From Flaccisagitta enflata (lineage: Eukaryota), in NCBI GenBank assembly GCA_965153355.1, contig OZ231126.1, positions 41,974,001 through 42,038,000 on the forward strand: 64,000 nucleotides of DNA. The letters run 5' to 3'. Below are positions 1-11,987 of the stretch, one piece after another. The notes under the pieces are model-generated. The model ran no database searches. It worked only from the letters and a program-made list of their open reading frames with translations, and was not told the DNA's origin. Position 1 is the first letter of the stretch. Each line of letters starts with the position of its first letter. The position numbers and the translations under genes were made by a program.

Positions 1-388
1 ACACTCTCAGTCTAACCCAAATGCAAACAGCTCACCAAAAGTAGTTAGGGCTAATTATTGTCACCTGTATAACCAAAATTCAACAAATCACCCGAGGGTA
101 ACATTATTAAGAAACCATACCCTTAGAGGATAGAATCGAGGTCAAGCTTAATGCGACCGCCGGACATTCCAATCCAAGGTACTGAGTAGTATGACATGTG
201 GAACAATATCCCTCACTATACCCAAACTAAAACAAATGGAAGAGGGCCTTGTGAACCCTCACTGACTAGTTAATACGCGCACCACTCCTAGTTTTCCATA
301 AAACTGAATCTAAAAAACACACTCTCAGTCTAACCCAAATGCAAACAGCTCACCAAAAGTAGTTAGAGCTAATTATTGTCACCTGTAT
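1..388. repeat. End of a 318-bp-period tandem repeat (probably continues left of the window)
   Basis: 1-70 (acactctcagtctaaccc...cacctgtat) recurs almost identically at 319-388. Confidence 0.8.
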
Positions 389-470
389 GTTTCAGATATC
401 ACTCCCCTGGCTTCATTTGCTTTTTTACAATGCTTGCCCCTGTTATCGCAAGTCTAGACGAGATCTACTG
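387..470. mobile_element. Right TIR of a TA-TSD DNA transposon, same family as 1713-3229
   Basis: ...gcttgcccctgttatcgcaagtctagacgagatctactg|TA matches the right end at 3191-3231. Confidence 0.8.
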
Positions 471-1117
471 TACACCATAAAGGATCGGAATTTCTACATC
501 AGCCACTTTAGTATTCACTGTGAAAAAGACAAATGAGTGAAATGACAGATGACTTTAAAAGGCAAAGAGCTAAAGACTGCTCAACTTGATGTAGAATTTA
601 AACTGCAAATACTTTGCTTAATTATGATTTTTTTAACTAGATTTTTGAAGGAAAACCAGTTAGCTCTCATGTGATGGTGATTAGTGACGGTGACGAAGAC
701 GATAGAACTAGCTGCATATAAAAAGTTATATTTTCATATGATTAACTAAATGTAGAGGTGGAGTCAATGTTGCTGCTCGCCCTAATCCTTACCGCTAGAT
801 TCAACATTACCAGTTTCCTCAAATAAAGTTTTATGGACAAACAATTGATAAGGCAACTGGACACTGGCAACTGGCAACTGGTTGACCATACCTCATTCGG
901 CAAAAAAAAAAGAAAAAAAAAAAGACAGAAAACCGCAAAATCGACTTTTTTTTCTCTGTTTATATGAAAGAGGAACTTTTTTTCTGTGGGTGGGCCGTCA
1001 AATTTCCGTCTAATAAATGCCGCTCAGCACATCAACCTCGCCTGAACTCTGGGAAGCGGAAGAAGAACCCAAATAGCCGATCAGAATTCGAAAAAAGGGG
1101 AGAGTGAGAGTGAGAGT

Positions 1118-1184
1118 GAAAGAAAGAAAGAAGAGAAAGAAAAAAAGAAAGAAAGAAAGAAAGAAAGAAAGAAATTAAGAAATT

Positions 1185-1228
<44 letters not shown>

Positions 1229-1272
1229 AACAAACAAACAAACAAACAAACAAACAAACAAACAAACAAACA

Positions 1273-1336
<64 letters not shown>

Positions 1337-1340
1337 ATGA

Positions 1341-1392
<52 letters not shown>

Positions 1393-1395
1393 AAA
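1118..1395. repeat. (GAAA)n/(CAAA)n compound microsatellite
   Basis: Direct reading. Confidence 0.95.
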
Positions 1396-1712
1396 AACAA
1401 GAAAGCCAGAAAAAAAGAGAGATGCACGGCTACCCCAATCGCGAGTCCCAAGTCCCAGCGATATGTATGTAAGAGTCACAAAGACTCTGTGAGACTGTGA
1501 GGCTGTGAGGCTGCGAGGCTGTGAGGCCAAGCTCCAACAGTTTGGAAATGAAAAGTTGTACCGATGGACCAAAAAAAAAAAAACTTAAATGATAATGACG
1601 TAATAATGATAATAATGACAATGATTTATATTTTCGTCAACATAAAATGCGACAATCCAAGCAGCACTCAAATCGGTTGCATAGCTACGATTCTACCACA
1701 TGGAATCATGTA

Positions 1713-3229
1713 CAGTAGATCTCGTCTAGACTTGAGATAACGGGGGCAAGCACTGTAGGAAAATAAATAAAGCCAGAGGAGTGATATTTCAAACATAGAC
1801 TAATAAGGAGGTGCTCTATTGCCCATGATAACTGGTTGCCATGGAAACACATTTCCATGTAACCATGGCGTCAATAAAAATGGCCACCATGTTCAATTTG
1901 CTGCTGTGAGTTCAATTTTTGGACTAGATTGATAATTTTTGACATGGTGATAATATTTCAAATTTCTGACTTAGCAAAAAAATCAGAATTCAAAAAAGTT
2001 AATTTTTGTGTCCGCAGCATTAATTTTTGTGAACAATATTCTAATACAAATTGATCAATACCTTTTTACAATGATTCTTTTTAGAACTTTAAAAAATGAC
2101 TTTTTTTTCATCATTGCATTTGAATTTTTCAAAGATGAAGAAAGTATGAATGATATTTGACCCAGCAAAAAAATCAGAACTCAAAAAAGTTAATTTTTGT
2201 GGTCACAGTAATGATTTTGAAACAAGGGAGTAAAATCAGTTTTTGATAAGAATTTTTTACTAACTTCAATTTTTTGCAGTGAGCTCATTTTTTCAGCTAG
2301 TCTCACAATTTTTTAGGTGGAAATAGTTCATCAAATTTCCGACTCAACAAAAAAATCAGAACTTAAAAATGTTGATTTTTGCACTACTTTTTGTTGATTT
2401 TACTAAAAATGTGCAAAATTATCTCTTAACCACCTGTTGTCCCACCTCTTTAATGAAGTATTTTTTTGAAACAAGGGCAATTTTTTTAAAGTGTGTGATA
2501 GTTTTACAATTTATTGACCTGCTGCAAAAATCAGAACTTGAAAAAGTGTATTTTTGTGCCTGTGGCATGAGTTTTTGTAAAACATTACAAAAACCAAAAA
2601 ATGCAAAAAAAAAGTGATTCGGCAGTTCATATTTGGATGCCTTTCACAAAAATTGATGCCATGGGTACATTTGTTGACTTTTTTGAGTTCTGATTTTTTC
2701 TCTGAGCCAGAAATTTGGAGTTCTATTACCACCTAGAAAATTTTGAAGCTAGTGAAAAAATTGAACTCAGGGTAGGGGTTTGAATAGGCGGCCATTTTTA
2801 TTGACGCCATGGTTATTCTTGCTAAAATATCAATATTTTGAGAGATTTTTTTAGGGAACATTGCTTAGAATAAAATTTGCTACAACTTTCCCACAGTATG
2901 TTCTGTAAGAATGTCGCTCGTTTAGCGGTTGCTAGGGGTTGTCACACATGGATATGCTCCCTAGCAACGGCCAAACAAGCGGCATTCTTACAGAACATAC
3001 TGTGGGAAAGTTGTAGCAAATTTTATTTTAAGCAATGTTCCCTAAAAAAATCTCTCAAAATATTGATACTTTAGCGAGAATACATGGAAATGTGTTTCCA
3101 TGGCAACCAGCTATCATGGGGAATTAAGCATCCTTTGATTAGTCTATGATCCAAGTATCGCTCCCCTGCCTTTATTCGTCTTTCCACAATGCTTGCCCCC
3201 GTTATCTCAAGTCTAGACGAGATCTACTG
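1713..3229. mobile_element. Non-autonomous foldback-type TIR element, TA TSD (Tc1/mariner-like ends), with internal ~175-190-bp degenerate repeats
   Basis: TA|CAGTAGATCTCGTCTAGACTTGAGATAACGGGGGCAAGCA at 1713 and its exact reverse complement ending 3229|TA; degenerate IR continues >200 bp; motif aaaaatcagaact..aaaa.gt..atttttg at ~1975, 2165, 2348, 2525 and inverted at ~2650-2700. Confidence 0.9.
2816..3080. mobile_element. 265-bp palindromic MITE, TA TSD, nested in the right TIR of 1713-3229
   Basis: Arms TTCT(T/C)GCTAAA(A/G)TATCAATATTTTGAGAGA..., ~120 bp; removing it restores cgccatggtTAcatggaaatg, the reverse complement of the left TIR. Confidence 0.92.
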
Positions 3230-3455
3230 TATGTGCTACTTGGGAAAGGGAAATGGGGAAAAGGGGAAAAAGAGGAAGAAAAGAAAACAGAAAAGTCCTC
3301 AAGGTTTCTAAAAGCTTTTCATTCAATTTTTCATTTCGAATTAATGCTATGGACTTACAACGTGATGTTAATGATAGGATATTGAAAAAAAAAACACTTA
3401 CTATCTTCACAGATAAAATCTTCCCACCTCAAAACAAAGATATATTTTGAAAATG

Positions 3456-3573
3456 TGCTGCTCCTAGACAAACAAAGCTACTGACCCCAGATTGGTCCCA
3501 TTTTAATAGGTTTAAACAACTCTTTCAAATGGGACCAATCTGGTTGTCATAGCTTTATTCGTTTAGGAGTAGC
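3456..3573. mobile_element. Short palindromic MITE-like element
   Basis: tgctgctcctagac...ccagattggtcccattt pairs with aaatgggaccaatctgg...tttaggagtagca. Confidence 0.65.
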
Positions 3574-3645
3574 ACTCTCCCAAAGTTGATGGTGGTTATC
3601 AGGTGGGAGGATTTTTATTACAAGTGAATATAGTATATCGGTGTA

Positions 3646-3762
3646 CAGTTGAGCCGAAAGACTTACATTTGGTGAGTCTGCCTTTTGAAAATAGCTACAT
3701 CATCTCTTACAAAACATCGAATTATTTGCGTTATAGGCGTGCGTTAAAGCAGGGCTTCACTG
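3646..3762. mobile_element. Degenerate TA-TSD MITE (CAGT termini, pogo/Tigger-like)
   Basis: TA|CAGTTGAGCC ... GGCTTCACTG|TA; resembles the MITE at 24539-24716. Confidence 0.55.
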
Positions 3763-4284
3763 TATATGTTGTACATACATGTAAAAGGTTGTGTCGGCAA
3801 TCTCGGTAGATCGGCATCTCGAGGTCTGTCTTTTTCCCATTTTGTACTTTTTTTTTCTCTTCCTTCAAAGAGGCTTTTGAATGGAGACGGTTTACCGGTT
3901 ATCACTATCAGCTGGTCTCGTCTTGGTTTTTATGGCACTCATGAATAGATATAGACAATGGAATTAAGTGAAAGTAAATGACGCGGGGTCACAATATCGT
4001 TGCGGACCGGTGGGCACTCATCAAACCCCCCCCCCCACTACACACACGCCAACGTACACAAAATTTTTTTCCCAAATTTCGACTTGTGCTGACGGACGGA
4101 TGGACGGATGGACAAAGCCTCTTATAGAGTTATGTGTCCGCAACTAAAAAGAAAAGAATTACGAGCGAAGATATTAGACTGAGAGAGGAGTATAAGAGAA
4201 AGGGCAGCAAAGATGAATTTTATGAAGATGTATATGCAAGAATAGCATTTTCAATCTGGCCCAAAAGTAAGGGGAAAGAATGGC

Positions 4285-4748
<464 letters not shown>

Positions 4749-4937
4749 ACATACGATTTACCCTGAAACAAAAACGAAATTTAACGTCTTGGAAGCCTGA
4801 GTTTAGAACAGACAGGTTACGAAACTGGCCCGATGGGACAAATTGTGTTCACTCTTTTCCCCGTTTCATTGTGATCCATTGTGATTCATTTCACTCTTGA
4901 ATGTACTGCTTCAGTATATTGCAGGAGAGAAGTACAA

Positions 4938-5082
4938 AATCACCCATTGTCAGATAAATCATAATGAATCAGTAAGAAATCAGTGTCATAGGGTGTGAGC
5001 ATAATTAGTATTAAATCACCCATAGTCAGATAAATCATAATGAATCAGTAAGATATCAGTGTCATAGGGAGTGAGCATAATT
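4938..5082. repeat. Two-copy ~76-bp tandem duplication
   Basis: aaatcaccca..gtcagataaatcataatgaatcagtaaga..tcagtgtcataggg.gtgagcataatt occurs twice. Confidence 0.85.
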
Positions 5083-5589
5083 CATACATCTCGCCTGCCG
5101 TTTTCCAAAATCAGGCCATAAAATTTTGTTTTCGAATCGATTGACAGACCAAAACAGTCCAACAGACTTCCCAAAAGTAGCTCTAGCGCTGACTTAGACG
5201 AAGAAGATGGAAACAGGGCCGGATACAGGGCGGTCGGGCAGGGGCAGTATCTTAAGTTACTTGGGCATTGAGGCAGAAGCAGTGAGGCCAAAGACAGCAA
5301 AAACATAACAAAAAAGTAAAAAAGTGACGGACGGACGGACAAAGCCTCTTGTAGAGTTGCGTGGCCGCAACTAAAAAAAAAAACGCGTAACGCCCCCAAA
5401 GACGGCGCTTTTTCGGCCCTTTCAGCCTCTTTTGCCCTATTTCGCTTTTATACTCCGCTTCTTGTTTTATTTACTTTCCAATTTTGCCTCTGTTTCGATG
5501 TTTGATTTATCTTCAGTCTATGACAAGAATCTTTGTTTACCTTTCGTCGAGCGCCGAGGATGGAACGCTATATTCAGAGAGAGAGAGAG

Positions 5590-5738
<149 letters not shown>

Positions 5739-6099
5739 ATGAAAGAAAGAAAGAAAAAAAAAAGAAATGTAAGAGGAACCAATTGGGAATGACCCACACA
5801 CAGAAATCAGAATATTTATGAAAAGCCAAAGTGGAGAGTGCAAGCTTGAGCTCCGCAGCGAAGCGCCATTTGTTTTCAGCTGCGTCGTTGCGATTCTACA
5901 TTTATTTGATTTACGTCGCTGTAAATGTGAATTGCCATTTGGGCAACTTTAGCTGAAAAGGCCATATATGCCATGAAACACAATCTAGCGTGGATAATTG
6001 CTGAAACGTGATCTGGCATTGTGATTTAGCGGAGGCATGGCCTCTTAACCATGGCCTCTTAACCATTGGATATTCATGGTGTCGCTATCGTCTTGGTCT

Positions 6100-6267
6100 T
6101 TTTTAGTTGCGGACACGCAACTCTATAAGAGGCTTTGTCCGTCCGTCGGTTGGTTGGTCGGTCGGTCGGTTGGTTGGTCCGTCACGCTCGAGTTGAAAAG
6201 TGGGAAAACGCGTATTTCCGCCCCTGCCCACCCGTCCGCAACTGATGGCCGTGTATCCGGCCTTGTT
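6100..6267 (+). mobile_element. Helentron-associated/DINE-1-like short element (type copy of an abundant family)
   Basis: T-run, subTIR AGTTGCGGAC forming a 5' hairpin with CGCAACT, (GTCC/GTCG)n microsatellite, inverted subTIR GTCCGCAACT (6234-6243), 3' hairpin GGCCGTGTATCCGGCC, TTGTT end, no TSD. Related copies start at about 3975, 5212, 29240, 29384, 29620, 31767, 35180, 35268, 35766, 36945, 41435, 43010, 46908, 51401, 58676, 60784, 61447. Confidence 0.8.
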
Positions 6268-6312
6268 ATCTTCGTCGCCGTCTTTGTGATATGGGCATAT
6301 CTTTGTCGTCAT

Positions 6313-7040
<728 letters not shown>

Positions 7041-7280
7041 GTACTTCTTCTATTGTTGTTGTTGATATTGTTGTTATTGTTATTTTTGTTGTTGTTGCCG
7101 GGGACTAGAGGGGCAATGCTTGCTGGGTAGCTGGAACCCAGGTATATTTTACTGTGTATATTTTACTGTGTTTATCTTTACTTACATTAAAGGAAAGCTT
7201 TGTCTCCACATAATTGAGTTGGTTCTGTCACATTTTGCCACGAGGATCTGGATCCAAGGCTATTCAAACACAAGAAGACA

Positions 7281-8057
7281 AGAAAATGTTCCATTAGAAA
7301 AGAAAATGTTCCAATAGAAAAAAAAATGTTCCATTAGAAAAGAAATCGTTCTATTAGAAAAGAAAATGTTCCATTAGAAAAGAAAATGTTCCATTGGAGA
7401 AGAAAATGTTCCATTGGAAAAGAAAATGTTCCATTAGAAAAGAAAATGTTCCATTAGAAAAGAAAAGTTCCATTAGAAAAGGAAATGCTCCATTAGAAAA
7501 AAAAAATGTTCGATTGGAAAAGAAAATGTTCCATAAGAAAAGAAAATGTTCCATTAGAAAAAAAAATGTTCCATTAGAAAAGAAATCGTTCTATTAGAAA
7601 AGAATATGTTCCATTAGAAAAGAAAATGGTCCATTGGAAAAGAAAATGTTCCATTTGAAAAGAAAATGTCCCATTAGAAAAGAAAATGTTCCATTAGAAA
7701 AGAAAATGTTCCATTGGAAAAGAAAATAATCCATTGGAAAAGAAAATGTTCTATTAGAAAAGAAAATGTTCCATTGGAAAAGAAAATGTTCCATTAGAAA
7801 AGAAAATGTTCCATTAGAAAAGAAAATGTTCCATTAGAAAAGAAAATGTTCCATTAGAAAAGAAAATGTTCCATTAGAAAAGAAAATGTTCCATTAGAAA
7901 AGAAGATGTTCCATTAGAAAAGAAAATGTTCCATTTGAAAAGAAAATGTTCCATTAGAAAAGAAAATGTTCCATTAGAAAAGAAAATGTTCCATTAGAGT
8001 AGAAAATGTTCCATTAGAAAAGAAAATGTTCCATTAGAAAAGAAAATGTTCCATTAG
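7281..8057. repeat. 20-bp minisatellite (AGAAAATGTTCCATTAGAAA) x ~39
   Basis: Units stay in register across the array, with substitutions only. Confidence 0.97.
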
Positions 8058-8175
8058 GCCTATGGCTACGATTCTCCTCTGGAACCATGGAAAGCCAAAC
8101 ATTTTCTTTTAACGCTTACAGCTTCCGATTCTCACTCCTCTGGACGTCAATTTCTGACCAAGTTAGCCTCACAGA

Positions 8176-8298
<123 letters not shown>

Positions 8299-8315
8299 AA
8301 AACAGAGAGAGAGAC

Positions 8316-8418
<103 letters not shown>

Positions 8419-8483
8419 CAAGAAGGAAAAAAAAAGAAAGAAAGAAAGAAAGAAAGGAAGAAAGAAAGAAAGAAAGAAAGAAA

Positions 8484-8559
<76 letters not shown>

Positions 8560-9071
8560 AGAAAGGAAAGACAGGGAAAATAAGGAAAAAGCGATCCATA
8601 ATTTCTGACATTTTCGGACAATTATTGGATTTCTTCGCTGTCAGATTGGTTCAGCCTGAATCTGAGAAATAACTTATTTTGGGCTGAAGACCTTGAAGAA
8701 CGTGATGACCTGTGGCTTTGGAGTCTATAGAGTGGGGAACTTTTTTCTGTAGAATTTCATATTTCATCTTTACCTTATTCCTCATTAGATTTCCCGTGAG
8801 CAAATGATTCTTGGCCGAATCCTCATCTGTCATCTCCCTTCCCCTCTTCACCTCTGCCACTGGCTTCCCGTTGGTCCACCTTTCTTTTTTCCTTCTTTCC
8901 TTCTTTCTTTCTTTCTTTCTTTCTTCTTTTCTTTCTGTTTGTCTCTGCATCTCTCTATCTCTCTGTCTCTCTGTCACTCTGTCTCTGTCTCTGTGTCTTT
9001 CTCCCCATCTAATTCAAAGGATCAATCATCCCCTTTTTTCTCCCATCCATTTCCAACTCTTTGTAACCGGG

Positions 9072-9165
<94 letters not shown>

Positions 9166-9170
9166 AACAG

Positions 9171-9368
9171 AGACCCTGGAGCTTCAAGACTTTCCATTCG
9201 ACGTTCAAGACTTGACGATCACGTTGTCGACGGAAAGAACGGAGAATCAAGTGAAACTCGTCCAAGACCCTCGAGACAGGTCGGCACTCATTCAACAGCC
9301 TTTCGTGCAGCAGCAAGAGTGGAACCTCTACGACCACATCGAGACCAAAATACTGAGGACATCCGCTG
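9171..9368 (+). CDS. Internal exon of a pentameric ligand-gated ion channel extracellular domain, probably Cys-less (Pro-loop) type
   Basis: cag| acceptor, |gtacga donor, 198 bp, phase 1-1. Peptide (E)TLELQDFPFDVQDLTITLSTERTENQVKLVQDPRDRSALIQQPFVQQQEWNLYDHIETKILRTSA contains the FPFDxQ loop and the downstream EW motif, with no Cys at either Cys-loop position. Confidence 0.85.
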
Positions 9369-10479
9369 GTACGAGGAGAATATTTGGTCATTGACAATGT
9401 GCGACTGTGTGTGGATTTCTAGATGTGAAATATCGTTTGAAAATGTTGTTTGATGAAGTCTTTATGTTAAAAGGTTGTGTTGAATGTTGACATTGTTAGT
9501 AGTTTTTAAATGAAGTTATGCTGAAATATTTTGCAGAAATTCACAGTGAAACCCTGCTTTGAACCGGCAGTAACAAAAATTTGCTTTTATCAAAAACCCT
9601 GCTTTGAGCCGGGATTAACAAAAATTTGCCTTTATCTAAAACAGATAAAGAATAATCATTTCAGACTTTCAACCGTTAATGCCGAAAAAAAACCTGTATG
9701 TTACTGTATGTTGGTTGCATCAAGATTGCATGATGATTAATAGACTGCTTTTATGGAAAGGTTTGATGCATAATTTTATAGACGTCATTGATTGAAAAAA
9801 ATATCAATCTTTTCCTTTACTTATAAGAGATTATCCGACATGAACGTAAGTAAGTCAGGGTGATCACTGATCAAAGTGTGTAAAACAGGTCTCCGTCCAG
9901 CCGCTGGCGGGAGGTCATCATAAGAAATTACGATAAACAAACAAACAAACAATAAATTCAGCGTAGACATTTTTTTTTCAAATTAGATTTACTGAATCAA
10001 AAAAGGTAGTCATAGCATCTTCCGAGATAGTTGGTTTACCACTAATATCTTTAGTAGTTTTGTTTACAAGTTTTAAACCGCTGCGCTATAGTTGATCAAT
10101 GATGAGAGCGAGCTTTTTTTTAGTAAAAAAAAAACCTTGTCTTTGCCTTTCATTTTAAACCACAATAGGAGCGTTTTGTTTTGCCCCTCGTCACGACCAA
10201 TTCTAGCTCATTCTAGCTCATTCTAGCTTATCATAGCCGTCGATGGCATCGATGCAGCGAACATTAGGAAATATAAAACTTAGTATTAGTAATTTCCTTT
10301 TAATTTTATTTGGACTTTCGTTGCGTTGTCAAAGAACGCAAAATGATCAGAACCGCGTTTTCATTATACTGGATGTTGACTTTTCATAAGGTGCTTGATT
10401 TACGAGTTCATTTTCGTCGTTCTGAAACGCGTTGAGAATAAGACAGGCATCCCTGTCGACGTGTCGACGTGCCGCACGC

Positions 10480-10700
10480 GTCTTGCTACTTTCAATGGGC
10501 GCTCTGTTACTTTATGTGGACGTCTTGCTACTTTAAATGGACGCTCTGTTACTTTATGTGGACGTCTTGCTACTTTAAATGGGCGCGCTGTTACTGAAAT
10601 TGGACGTCTTGCTACTCTTAATGGGCGCATTGCTTCTATAAACGACCGTTTTGTCATATTTAATGGGCGTATTGTTACTTTCAATGGGCGTTTTCTTACT
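10480..10700. repeat. Degenerate ~42-bp (2 x ~21-bp) tandem repeat
   Basis: gtcttgctactttaaatgg.cgctctgttacttta.gtggac repeated about 5 times. Confidence 0.75.
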
Positions 10701-10704
10701 GTGA

Positions 10705-10972
10705 GGGCGTGCTTCTAGTGACGACCAAAAACGCGTTTCTTCCCTTTGAACACGTTTACAGCATGAACACATATTCATGAATTTCAACTGTCCCACGAGA
10801 GAGTGAGCTAAGTGAGTGAGCGAGCACATGAACGGAGCGACCGAGGGAAGCGAGCGTAGCAAAGCGGAGCGCTGCGGAGCGAGTGAATGGAGTGAGCGGT
10901 GCAAGCAAACGAACGTAGCGAGCGACCGAGTGGCCCGTTAAAACGCGATTGTCTGTGACTAGAAACGCCCCC
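10705..10972. mobile_element. MITE with GGGCG..TTCTAGT / ACTAGAAACGCCC ends (possibly PIF/Harbinger-like); second copy at ~32213-32458
   Basis: Short TIRs; shared internal tgaacacatatt.atgaatttcaactgtcccacgag and (GAGC)n segments in both copies. Confidence 0.65.
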
Positions 10973-11987
10973 TAAGTGGGCATCTCATTACTTAAATGGG
11001 CGTTGTGCGACATAAATGGCGTTACTTTAAAGAGCGGATATAGGCTGCATGATAGGATATCCATTGTCCAACTGAGAATAATCAGCGCGGAAAAAAAGAC
11101 TGCCATAACCTTTTTCTTTCCTCTCTTCACAGTCTTTAGTTTCCTTTTGTTTTATTCCCTTAGAAATAATCATTTGCAACGTTTATTTGGCGTAGAAAAG
11201 ATGCAAAATTTACAGAAGATAAATTGATTCAATGTTACGCTTTGTTCAAGACGTGTTGTTGTTGTTGAAAATTATCATGCGAAAACTGCGTGACAATTAC
11301 GATGATCAATGGATACCCTGTCAAGTTTATATAACTTATGTCGCTTAAGTGCGTCGTTTGGAATGAAAAGACCGATCTGAACGTGATGGCAAAAGTTTTC
11401 AGTAGGCGAACTCATTGAAAATGTCTTGAAATCTGTACAATTACTTGAAAAAAGTCTTATCTAACACAAGGGCGCTGTGAAATAATTTAAAAAGAATTTT
11501 GAAATGTGGACAATTTCTTATAGCCTCCCTATTGATATCATTTGAGAACTATCTGCATTATCTACATCTTTTCTCATTTTTTACGTTTTTGATGAGGGCG
11601 CTCATTTTGAACACAGCCGATACTGCGCATCGTAATAAAAATTTATGTTTGTAAGATGCAATACCCGGCCGAGCCGAGGTTGTTAGTGAGCTAGCCATTT
11701 GTTTAGATAATTTGTTTGCCTTCTTTTGTCTGCTAGTTTGTCACGTCGTGATTCTTCGTTTAGTCGCTCCGCGGAGCTCCGTTGCTGCCTAACGTGTGGG
11801 ACAAAGATCGCCCAAAGCGCTTATTAAATGTAGTGTCAAAAAAGTGTGTGTTTTTTTTTCAAGTTAGCTATTCCAATGAATTGGCCTTGAGTTATAAGAA
11901 ACATAGAAAGGGCGTCTGCTTCATGTCGCGTCAAAAAAAAGAGGATCATTTTCTTTCGGAAGCTGGAACTAATTTTATATTTTTATT

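Noticed and set aside
5518-5580. Possible upstream channel exon (FVERRGWNAIFRE)
   Set aside because: Runs into (GA)n with no donor site; resemblance is weak.
10391-10435. VLDLRVHFRRS resembling the pre-M1 strand of a pLGIC
   Set aside because: In-frame stop follows, the phase is incompatible, and no hydrophobic helix follows.
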